A DNA stretch of 64,000 nt. Origin: Oikopleura dioica. Lineage: Eukaryota; Animalia; Chordata. Made by a program: the position numbers and the translations under genes. The notes below the pieces were generated by a model. That model ran no database searches, was not told where the DNA came from, and saw only the letters and a program-made list of their open reading frames with translations. Below, one piece after another: positions 1-10,322 of the stretch. Positions within the stretch are counted from its first letter, which is position 1; every line of letters begins with the position of its first letter. The stretch spans positions 3,720,001 to 3,784,000 of the forward strand of contig OU015566.1 of the NCBI GenBank assembly GCA_907165135.1, read 5' to 3'.

Positions 1-252
1 AATTGTTTGTCTGAGAGGCCACAGTTTCGGGCAAAGCAAATTGCGTTTGCGTTTCGGCACAAGTGCTCGCAGAATGATATTTTTTCGTCCGATTTCCATG
101 CTCTGAACTGATTTTCGCCGAGGTGTTTATCAATTATTCTTTGGATGTCGTTTCGTCTATTTTCCTTTTCTTTATTTATTATTTTTGTGAATTTGTCCTC
201 TTTTTGCCAGTGTTTTCTCCTTCCGTTGCTGATTTCCCCCAAGTCTGGTTCG

Positions 253-444
253 TTATCCCTTTTTATAGGGCTTGGCTTGGGTTGATGGCTTTTTGTCAGA
301 CTTTGGTTTTGCCTTCGTGTCAGTTTCATCTTTTATTGTTGCTTCAGCGATTTTTTCGTGCTCCTCGTTTCCACTTCTTATTGGTCTAACGACTATCGTG
401 AGGGCTTCAATGATTGTATGAATGATGCGAATAATATTCCCCAT
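253..444 (-). CDS. Short orphan ORF (63 aa), hydrophobic N-terminus and basic tail
   Basis: ATG-initiated ORF MGNIIRIIHTIIEAL...KKG, last of a head-to-tail run of minus-strand ORFs; no recognisable domain. Confidence 0.3.
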   Translation of the reverse strand: MGNIIRIIHTIIEALTIVVRPIRSGNEEHEKIAEATIKDETDTKAKPKSDKKPSTQAKPYKKG

Positions 445-518
445 GTTGGATTTCGATTCTGAAAGAATGATACTAAGACTGATGACTCTACTTTGACTTG
501 ATTAGGAAGGTGCTTGGG

Positions 519-1112
519 TCAGCCCCGTCGTCGGCTAAAGCCTTCCGGTAGCTTTCCCGTGAACAGTAGTGGGCGTATGTTTTGTCCTTCAATTTCAATT
601 TGATGCCGATTTCTTCTAAATCCGGCCCGAGCAACCGCTTCACGCAATAGCCTTCGTTCTATGCGAGATGCTAGGCTTCGCAGGTTAAAATCGACAATTC
701 TTGCTACTTCGCAGTCGTCCAACTTCGCCTTGCTTAATATGTCCCATGTTTTTTCGTTGTCTATGTGTGCTCGGAAAAATTTCGCAGCCTCGCGTTGTGC
801 TTGTTGATTGTATGCTTCTGCAGTTTGGGTTGATCTGATTCTTAAAGCTACATGAAAATGCCAGTGTAGTAGCTCTTCGAGTGTTTTTGGACTTGCTTCG
901 TTTTGCAAAAACTTCTTCAGTTTATTCAATCCCTTTTGCGCGCTCATTTGTTGTAGCGTCGTGCTGTTTATTACTCTTGTTGTAAGCAATGCTATTGAGT
1001 CGATATTTCCTTCGAATTTTGAGATGACGTGGTACTGTTTATTTCTGTAGAGTATTTCTGGAATGAGGTCCAAGTATCGATTTCTCAAGCTTTGAAGGGT
1101 CTCTTGTTTCAT
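519..1112 (-). CDS. Orphan intronless ORF (197 aa), predicted helical
   Basis: Long ATG-initiated ORF in AT-rich DNA; overlaps the upstream ORF by 74 nt; no motif recognised. Confidence 0.45.
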   Translation of the reverse strand: MKQETLQSLRNRYLDLIPEILYRNKQYHVISKFEGNIDSIALLTTRVINSTTLQQMSAQKGLNKLKKFLQNEASPKTLEELLHWHFHVALRIRSTQTAEAYNQQAQREAAKFFRAHIDNEKTWDILSKAKLDDCEVARIVDFNLRSLASRIERRLLREAVARAGFRRNRHQIEIEGQNIRPLLFTGKLPEGFSRRRG

Positions 1113-1422
1113 TTTCGTCCTTAAGTTTATGGTAAGTTATGATGGTGATTGCTTTGGAGGCATTCCAATCGTCTCTTTTATTGTCCCAAGTCGAGATTTT
1201 TTCAAGGAACTGATCGTTACTCCCGACTTTAGAGTCTGTTATCAGAAGTTTAAATATTTTCCCACTAAGCTCATAACTTTTAATTTTGAAGTCGGTCCCG
1301 AGTGTTGAGGTGAAACATTCAGAAAACGTTCCGTCGGCAAATCGGATTAACAGTCTTGATCCATATTCGCTGAAGTTTTCGTTCATGAGTATCCTCAATA
1401 CGTGGTTGTATCTAGGGTTCAT
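1039..1422 (-). CDS. Orphan ORF (127 aa) containing a Rab-GTPase-like fragment
   Basis: LLIRFADGTFSECFTSTLGTDFKIKSYELSGKIFKLLITD resembles Rab1/Rab8 [40 protein letters not shown]; no P-loop and no DTAGQ. Confidence 0.45.
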   Translation of the reverse strand: MNPRYNHVLRILMNENFSEYGSRLLIRFADGTFSECFTSTLGTDFKIKSYELSGKIFKLLITDSKVGSNDQFLEKISTWDNKRDDWNASKAITIITYHKLKDENETRDPSKLEKSILGPHSRNTLQK

Positions 1423-1699
1423 TTAACAGTCTTAACTATTTGTAAAATGTCTCTTTTCCATCGAAAGAGGCGTTTGCGAAAGCATGGAAATCATCTCTTC
1501 CGCGCCTTCTAAGAGAGGGTTGCCATCTCTCATTTTTTCGGAATCTGTTTGTCTTATAGATATTCTCTTCAAGCGCAAGTTTTCCCAATCATTTGGCGTC
1601 CTATAAGTTATTATGTTTAAAAAAAATAATGCAATTAGATGAAAAGAGACGATTTTAATGATTTATCGTCTCGTCTGGAACAAAGAGATCATATTTGAG

Positions 1700-3000
1700 C
1701 TCAACTTTTATCTAGTTTGAGTTTAAGAATTCTAAAAAGATGTCCTTACGTTGAAATATAATGAAAAACCCGGATAAATTTTTTGTAACACGTAGACCAT
1801 GTGGCTTTGGCTCTTCTCGAGTATAACGCACATGTAGAACATCGCAGCATTTTATTGCTTTTCTTAAATTCCTCCTTTAAACGATAGAACTGTAGTTTAC
1901 ACGAAAAGACGAGGCTCTGATGATAAACACTCTCTTCCGAAAACGTTAAGTCATTATGCTTCTGCAAATAAATACCAAAATCAAAATGGAATGTATTTAA
2001 TATGTGCTGCCGAAATTTTACAATGCTTCTCGATATCTGTCATTCTCGAACGATCTCGGGCGTGTTTAGTTTTTTTCGTCGAGATGTTAAGGAGCTGTGA
2101 GGACATGGTAAATAGATCTTCCCCCTTTATTTGTTATCTCCGATGACTCTTTATTCAAAGAGAGAGAAGAACTGTTAAAAATTCTATCCTCGTTATCTAT
2201 GTCTGTTTTCTAATATCAAAGGGTTAACTTGACTAAAATGTGCCTAGTTTGACTTTAAAAATTTTGATTGCTCCTTCAGCTCGTCAAATTTTATTTATCG
2301 ATCATATTTGACCGCTTTTTTCTTTATTGTCTTCAAGAAGAGACGTTCGCCGAAATCCCTTTATGCTAGATCTCTCTTTTCTTCGATTAATAATCACACC
2401 ACGGATCTACTTGTGTTAGTTTGACTCCAAGAAATTTATATATTTGGTTCTTATTATTAAAAATTTAACAATGCTTCTCGATATCTGTCATTCTCGAACG
2501 GTCTCGGACGTGTTAAATTTCCCATTGAAAAATCCCAGGATAATCGCAGACTGAAGGATAAAGTTTTCAAGTTCTCGGTCTTTTTTGGTGACAAAATATC
2601 CTATTACTCTAAAGAAACGTTAACCGAATTTTCCTTATGTCAGAGGTCTCTTTTCTAAAATTAATAACATTAATACGAGTTAAACAATATTAGTTTGACT
2701 TCAATAATCTTAAATAATAGGTTTTTAATATTTTAAAATTCTATAATGCTTCCCGACATCTGTCATTTTTCCAGGATCCTGGGCATATTAAGTTTCTCCG
2801 CCGAGATTTTCCACGGGTTACGATGAAATTGTGAATGCGACATCTCCCTTTTTGGCTTAATTTCGATGACTATTTTTCCCAAGAAGAGACGCAAGAAACA
2901 TTTTGTCGTGATAAATAAGTTTCTTTCCTAAGCAAAAAGTCTTTACTAGATTCAAACACGCTTAGTTTGAGTTAAGAAAATTCCAAAAATTGTTTCCTTT
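1700..3000. repeat. Degenerate repeat block with ~170- and ~275-bp units
   Basis: TAGTTT(T)GA(C/G)TT motif near 1715, 2247, 2419, 2693, 2965; near-identical 45-bp segment CAATGCTTCTCGATATCTGTCATTCTCGAAC at ~2021 and ~2470, diverged copy at ~2745. Confidence 0.6.
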
Positions 3001-4913
3001 AGCTGGTCCTATTTTGTTCGAAAGTTGAGAATTAACTATTGGTTAATATTCAAATAGAACTCGTAACGGAAGAGGCTATTTTTGGGCGCTTTGGGAGGCC
3101 GTTTAGGTTCTTCAAGCAATTCAAACATCAATGAAAAGAGTCCCATAAAAATTCTTCTAATGAACCGATGTTCGTGTTTACCGGTTTTCCGAGCGTCACT
3201 GTTGCTGGATTAGATTCTATAGGCCTATAACGTGAAAATCTGGCAAGTGGCGACCCAGAATTCTGGACCCTTTTTCTTTTGGATATTCGGTTAGATCGTT
3301 TTTCCTTGTTGATTTCCCTCGAGTTTTTTTTCCCCGGAGAAGATCTTCAGACAGAAGTTATTCCCAAACTCGCTCCTGCCGGAAAATTAATGCGGAGGGG
3401 GGGCTTTTATGTCACTCTTTCCATTTTACTATGCAGTTCGATTTTTTGCGATTTTATTAATCCGAACATTGATAAACGCTGTGATGAACGTCTCTACTGC
3501 ATGCTTTCGATTTAATTTCTTCTGTTAATATGTTTAGCAATAAATTTTTGGGGATTATAATTTCGAAGATTTCACGTTCAATTCACGTTCACGTTGTTTC
3601 GTCTAAAGGTTCTTCTACTAAAATAACAGGTTTACGTTCCATCGAGTGTTCTTGCAACAAGGGTCAAAAATTTCTTTTGTCTTTTGTGAAAAATGGGCTT
3701 CTTTTGAACTCGGTGAGGGGTAAAAAGAGACTACCAGTCCAAGATTTGGCTTTGAGAGGCGTCACAGAAGGGATTCAAACTAATCATTGACATATAAAGA
3801 ATTCTGAACAGCTCCCTTTAGGTACCTCGACCGGAGTCAGAAATTTGCTGACAATCGTTGTTGACACCCTTACTTTTTCCCAGGGATAATAGAATTGATT
3901 CTTCGACGATGTCCCACTGCGCTCCGATTTTTCACTGATTAATCCTTTACTCCCCCTTTCAGGCGCAGGTGTTCTTGACTTCCGGCGCGGAGTTCGCATT
4001 TGAGAATGTTGGTTTGATCTATCGATATGGGTGTCACTGAATAGAGAATTTTCCCAGCTTTCAGAAAACATGTAATTTGGTATATAAACTCTGAAATTGC
4101 GAAATGTTCTTTCTAGCTGAGTAATTCAACTAGCGCTAGTGCATACGCGCGTCCATAAAAGATGCGTATCTTGTGGTCAAGATGAAATATATTCAGATCC
4201 GGGAGATTTTTGGAATCTTCATAAGCTTAATAAATAACAAGCAGATCATTCTGACTCTTTAATAACTCCTTAGCGCTAAGGAAAATTTAATTTCTATCAT
4301 TGAAATTAAACTTGTTGAGAGAAGTAACTAGGTGAATTCTTAATTACTAAACGACAAAAGACTGTCTTCTTGTTAAAGGGGGAGGAGCATTCTTATCAGC
4401 GGAACACTTTGACTGTCCGTTTTTTCCTTTTAAAGAGTCTTTTAAAAATATTTTAATTGTCGTAAAGAGGCTGTAACTCGCGGGCAAACGTCCCTTTTCA
4501 TTTATATATGGGCTTAAATTGATGCGAAGACTGGCGTAAAGAAAGTTTATCCGCGCTTTATTTTTTCAAAGGATGCTTTTTCTATTTTAAAGAGATTCGC
4601 CTTGGTTCTAGGGGTATCGTTCCTTTTCTGCTAGAAGGAAGGTTTTCATTGTTAATTTTATGCAGATCAATCTGCCACAAAAATCGTTTCTTCTGACGTT
4701 TATTCTGGTCTAAAGATGATTTGTCTTGATTGTTATAATCATGCCAGGTGTTCTTCTCTCTTTTCTTTTATTACTGTTATTAGGTCCGATGATCTTTGGG
4801 CTAATAAACTCTTTATTGGTTTTGGCGGTAGACTTTTTCTGGGGAACGCGGGCGCTATTTTCTAGCTAGTTATAATCCCCGGTTGGTGTGTTTTTCATCC
4901 ACAATTTTGCGAG

Positions 4914-5417
4914 ATGGGTATCGCTCGTAAGACAACTGCCTTGAAGCCAGTTAAACTGACGAAGATGCTGCGAAATCTTTCGCTACGCGAAGGAGAACAG
5001 CTCCAGATTGAAAGAGATGTTTTCGATGAAGACGGCCTCGTGTTTCTTGAGCTCGCAACCGCCACAACCGACGATTACACTCGTGGACTAGCGAGCTGTA
5101 TTACGAAAGATGGCGTTGATAAATTCTTCCTCGAGGATGACTACGGCGGCCCTCATGTTGCTGCACACTCTTCTGCCACAAACGTCGACACTAATCGTCC
5201 CGCCGCCGCTTCATCTCCGACTAATGCAGCCCTTGACGCTCTTATCGCCTCTTCTGACCCCGACCTTTTTTGTCAAATCGATCCGGACACCAACACGAAT
5301 GACGTCTTTACTCTGCCAAATGCCAGCTTTATCAACACGCTCCCTGAAGTTCCTGCAATTCGTCGATCTCAACGCGTCCGAAAATCCACCAGAAAACCCG
5401 ATTTTGCTTATTATTGA
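4914..5417 (+). CDS. Orphan intronless protein (167 aa) ending RRSQRVRKSTRKPDFAYY
   Basis: Clean ATG-stop ORF, more GC-rich than flanks; C-terminal motif shared with ORF 6591-6974. Confidence 0.6.
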   Translation: MGIARKTTALKPVKLTKMLRNLSLREGEQLQIERDVFDEDGLVFLELATATTDDYTRGLASCITKDGVDKFFLEDDYGGPHVAAHSSATNVDTNRPAAASSPTNAALDALIASSDPDLFCQIDPDTNTNDVFTLPNASFINTLPEVPAIRRSQRVRKSTRKPDFAYY

Positions 5418-5859
5418 ATCACTTAACCGGTTAATTTTCTTTTTTTTCTTTAAATATCTTTATTCTTTCCTTGATATTCTGAAAAAAATGATTTTTATTG
5501 TACCTAACTGTCAGGTAGCACTTTCTTATATTTTCCCATAAAATGATTACTTGGATTACTCAACACGTTTTTTCCCTTATTTTCCCAGACTCTATTTCTT
5601 ATTACCAACTTTACTTTCTTTCAATAAAATGAAATTTATAAATTTCTTCTCCTTATATAATGCTGCTTATTATAAAATAAATACTTTAAATTGTCAACCT
5701 CAAAGCTTGGTTTTTTTCGTCTCATCTTGCTCAAATTCTGGGTTTAATCCCGGGCAGAGATTACAGTCAGGTCTTGCAAATACGCGGTTTTTCTTTTTCG
5801 GGATTTTTGCCAAAAACCTCGTAATTGCGAGCCGCAATTTTCCGAAAGCAATCATAAAT

Positions 5860-6030
5860 GAACGGGAGAAATTCTCCTTTGGTAAAGATGCTGATTTTGT
5901 GTAGGGGAGAAGTTCTCCTTTTGTAAAAAATGCCGATTTTGTGAAGGGGAGAAGTTCTCCTTTACAAAAAATGCCGATTTTGTGAAGGGGAGAAGTTCTC
6001 CTTTTGTAAAAAGTGCCGTTTTTGTGAACT
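5860..6030. repeat. Four 41-42-bp tandem units, each with palindrome GGAGAA-(G/A)-TTCTCC
   Basis: Palindromes start at 5865, 5906, 5948, 5989. Confidence 0.9.
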
Positions 6031-6590
6031 GAAAAGATCTTCTTTGGAAATATTCATTTTTTGACAGAAAAAAAACCTTACCCTTTCATTTAATGGAAGT
6101 TTCCTTTGAAAATGAGCAAATTTTATTGGTCTTTTTCGCCTCTTTTCTTTCATCAAAAGATTTAGTGTTTGATTATTATAAAAATTTTTTCTTTCTAGAG
6201 GGTGTTTTTAAGGTTATGAAGAGGAATTTACTTTGAGGAAGCTAGAATAAAGCTTACCTAGCATTAGAGGAAAATGTGTAATTCCCAAATGTTAGAAATA
6301 CGATTCTTTTTGATCTTATAATTTTAAACACTAATTTCACGAACCCGCAGCGAGTATTCTTATTTACCGCGGTTTTAACATGAATCGGAAGGCTCCTACT
6401 TCTTTCATGTTCGTGCTACCTGGCCAGCTGGCCCTTTTCCCGAGTCTGTTTTTAGTTGCCGTTTATACTGGCAGTAACGAGTGGTGGGGCAAGATTATCG
6501 CTACTTATAATCGACAACGATTCGAAAAAAATTATCCTTCGAACTTATTTGGTTCAATTTAAGTTTCGTGATTTTTACTGCATTTTGATA

Positions 6591-6974
6591 ATGAAGGCTT
6601 TTGCTCGAAAAGGAGACAAAAAGGTCTCGAAGCACCTACGAAAAATGGTCACTAGCCCTGATCAGAAAGTTTCGAAGAGAATGCGTCGTATCTTGGATCT
6701 GAAAAAGCTCTGCAAGAAGCTAGATCGTCGCTCAGAGCGTCGCTGGAGAAAATTCCAAACTCTACCGCCATTTCCTTGGGAAAGACGATTGGGAATTTCG
6801 GCTTCGACAACGACAACTACTACTACCACGTCGGCGATTGCACGCCCGGCCACGCAACCAGCTGCTTCCGAAACAGCCTCACAACCAGCTGCGCGAAATC
6901 CTGTGCAGCCCCCGCTTCGCCGGTCCACCCGCGTCCGTAAATCAACGAAAAAGGACGATTTTCATTATTATTAG
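6591..6974 (+). CDS. Orphan basic protein (127 aa) ending RRSTRVRKSTKKDDFHYY
   Basis: ATG at 6591 (MKAFARKG...), Thr run, C-terminal motif shared with 4914-5417. Confidence 0.6.
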   Translation: MKAFARKGDKKVSKHLRKMVTSPDQKVSKRMRRILDLKKLCKKLDRRSERRWRKFQTLPPFPWERRLGISASTTTTTTTTSAIARPATQPAASETASQPAARNPVQPPLRRSTRVRKSTKKDDFHYY

Positions 6975-7299
6975 TAATTTTCGCGGTTTTCTTTACTGTA
7001 AAGAAACGTTGATTTCTGGTAATTCATTCGTCAATTGTCTCTTGTAATTGAAAATATCACTGTAGATATTTCTTTTTAGAACCATTCGATCATTGTGAGA
7101 ATAAAAATTGATTTGTCCGTATATCCGAGTTTGAGTTCCTTTTTGAAAATTATTGTTGTTTCTTTCCTTATATGCCGCAGAAGAGGCATTATCGAAGAAG
7201 AGACTAAATAGAGACCAGAATTTAATGATTCTCTCCTGGCCTTATCCATGTCGATTTTCTGAAAATAGACATCAATGATTCAGATCTTGTTTCTTTAAA

Positions 7300-8050
7300 G
7301 ATTCAAATATGTCAACAAGATTGTTTCGACTTAAGTTTGAGTTCAAAAAAATCAGAAATTTCCTATTTTAAGGGAACAAACCTTTAATGAATTTTAAAAT
7401 TTCCCCTGCTTCTTCTTCGGAGTAAATATCTCAAAAGAAGCATTTATCGTCATAATATCATTCCTTTTGTATGATAAACTTGTTAAACAAAACCGATGTA
7501 ATTTAGTTTGACTTTAAAAATCACATTTTCCCTATCGAGTTTTTGAAAAATTTAAATTTATTTTAAAATTTCCTTCTTGTTTTACTTCAGAGTTTGTTCT
7601 TTCGAAAGAAGCATTTTTCCTTCTGGTAACGTTTCTTTCTCCTGTTGAATTTGTTAGACGAGCTATCTGGTGCGTAGTTTGATTTTAAAAATAATGGCTT
7701 TCTCGTCTAAAACGACAAAACTAGAATTTATTTTAAAATTCTACTCTGCTTTTTCTTCGGGGTTCGAATTCTTGAAAGAACCATTTTGGATTATCGAAAC
7801 GTTCACTTTATGTGTTGAACGTGTCAATCAAGCCTTTTTAGACTTGATTTGCCTTTAAAAATAGTCGCTTTCCCGTCAAGGATGACAAAACTCAAAATTA
7901 AAATTAAAGTTTTCCTTGCCTTTGTTTGAAGTCTATATCTTGAAAAAAAACCTTTAAACCTAGATAAATGTTTCTTTTATAAAATAAACTCCTTTAATAA
8001 GTTCTATTGACCTTAGTTTGACTTCAAAAATTTATCTTAAAAAACTCGGT
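7300..8050. repeat. Degenerate ~170-bp tandem repeat, about 5 units
   Basis: GTTTGA..TT.AAAAA marker at 7335, 7506, 7677, 7846, 8016 (spacing 171, 171, 169, 170). Confidence 0.7.
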
Positions 8051-9579
8051 ATGAGTTCTGACTTTTTCTACTTTAATATTAGACGCTTCTCCAATAAAGC
8101 GAAGTCCGAGGCCGATGATTTTTAATAATTGTTCCTTTTTAAGTCCTCGTTCTAAGTTATATGAGGCTACGCTAGGTAAAGCGAGCTATTCGAACATCCC
8201 TATCGTAGGCAGTTTTGATTTAATCCGATCAAAGTTGAATGTCCCGACAAAAATTGCACCTTCTTTTGTTGAAGTCCCGGAGGTTTCTTTGATATTTTGT
8301 AAGAGGGGAGATAATTGTTCGGTAAAGCAGTTTGCTGAGGGTCCAATAAATCGCTTGCCCTTTTCATTTATTGTCCTTATCTGACACCTGTTTGGCGTTC
8401 GCCACGTGACCGCGATTGTTGAATAAATGATAACAGTAAACCTTCGATTGCAGCCGATCCCCGGGTTGCACCTGCGCCTTCCGTACCATCAATTGTAACT
8501 GGTTATTTAGGAAATTCCGTCTCTTCCGGCAATTTACTAATGCGCTTAATTTTATAAACTCTAAATCTTCTATTTGAAAATAATCAGGAAGAATTTCTGA
8601 TGAAAGACAAAATGGTGGGCAAGGAAGTTTTCGGTCGAAGCGCGCGGATTTTTGGAAGAGTATTTTCTTTCTTTAAATAAGCACCGTTTCCAATAAAAAT
8701 TGTCAGACATTTGTAATTCTTGCTAAAAATATAGTCTCTTCTTGGCGCTTCTTCTTATTAACAAAAGCATTAATTCTAGCGGCGGGAGTTCGAAACTTTC
8801 TGGTAAAACAGCGGCGACTGCAACTTGCCGCTGCAAATCCTCGTAATCGCTTGGCAGTCGCAGTTACGTTTTTAAGAACTAGCAATAACGGGCATCCATT
8901 AATTATTTGCTTATTCGGAAGATATTAAGTTATTCTTTTGGGCTTTTTGAAATTCCGCGCTTATCGCTTTCTTGCATCAAAAGAAACAATTTTGTTGGGT
9001 TCTTTAAATACGCTCATTTCGGTTAAAAATGAAATTAAAATGATCCAATAGATTTTTAGTTTTCACGTGAGTTTGGGGTAACTTCGTCTAAAGGAGGGTA
9101 TTGTTAATAAAAAATTTTTTCCCAGACAGATTGTATTCCATTTACCTTATCAAAAGAGGCATTTATACTTTGAATGATGTTTCTTTTATATCTTTAATTT
9201 GTCTTTAGGACTACTTTATCCTTAGTTTGATTTTAAAAATTCAAAAATTCTGAGTGCGTTAAATTTTACGATACTTCTTCCTTATCATTCAAACAAATAA
9301 AAGGCTTTGGCCGCCCTATTTTACGTGTCAATTATCGAATCATGGTTTGATCATGTGAAGGTTCGCTGGCTGGGGGATGCGATTATTCTAGCGTTCCAAA
9401 AAATTCTGAAGCGCGCGCCGCTTTTGATCATTCCTCGTTCGTTTTCTTGGAACTTTTATTGTTTTAAATGCATTCATTTTTAATAACTTTCTGTAAAAAC
9501 TCGACGGGATGTTCGTTTTACCACAGATTACAAACGATTCTTATCAAATAAAAAGTTTCTTTCGCAACCCAAAAAAAAA

Positions 9580-10322
9580 ATGCGCCGCTTTTTAAAACGT
9601 AAAAGAGACGACGGACCTACGATTTCGTATGGTTCCCGAGATGATCTGCCTCGCAAGCGGCCCTGCATTTTTGATTCCCGTGGCTATAACGAGTTGGATT
9701 CATCTGAAAGAGACTGCCCGACTTATCGACACTACGTGAAACAGATTTCGAGAAGCGAGCACATCTTGGGGATGAATCTTCAGCTCTTCGGCCTGTTTCA
9801 GCTCGCAATTCCTTCCCAGAATAGCAAGCCCGATTTCGGACGGACTCTTGCAAACGTCTACGAAAGACGGCGCGGTTCCATTTGGCTTCGCCTTTCGTCT
9901 CTTCCCCTTGCCATGAAGCCAGAAGTTGACAAATACCTCAACCGCTACGCGACTTTTGATTTTAATGGTATTCCCGCTCACTTCTTCGCCGACGTTCCAG
10001 TGACTCTAATTGTAAGTTTTACTTCGGTGTTTTCTTTTTTTCGTTTGTTATGATTAATCATTAAATATTATTAGTTATTTTGTAAAATAACTTTTAAATT
10101 AAGCCTGCTGCTTCTATTCCGCTCCCTCCCGATTCTTCAGAAGAAGACGAGCAGACAGACGATGAATCTGCTGCAGCAAATCAGCCCGAAGAAGACGACC
10201 TGATGGAAGTTGACCCGCACCCGAATCCGTTTGTGGATTTTGTCTTCGACAACTTGCATCAAATTATCTTTGAACCAGCGTTTTTCTTAGAGTCCTATGA
10301 CTCCGGTTTCGAGTCTGCGTAA
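9580..10322 (+). CDS. Orphan two-exon gene (216 aa), basic N-terminus and acidic C-terminus
   Basis: Exon 9580-10011, GT-AG intron 10012-10103, exon 10104-10322; phase-0 join gives a continuous frame. Confidence 0.6.
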
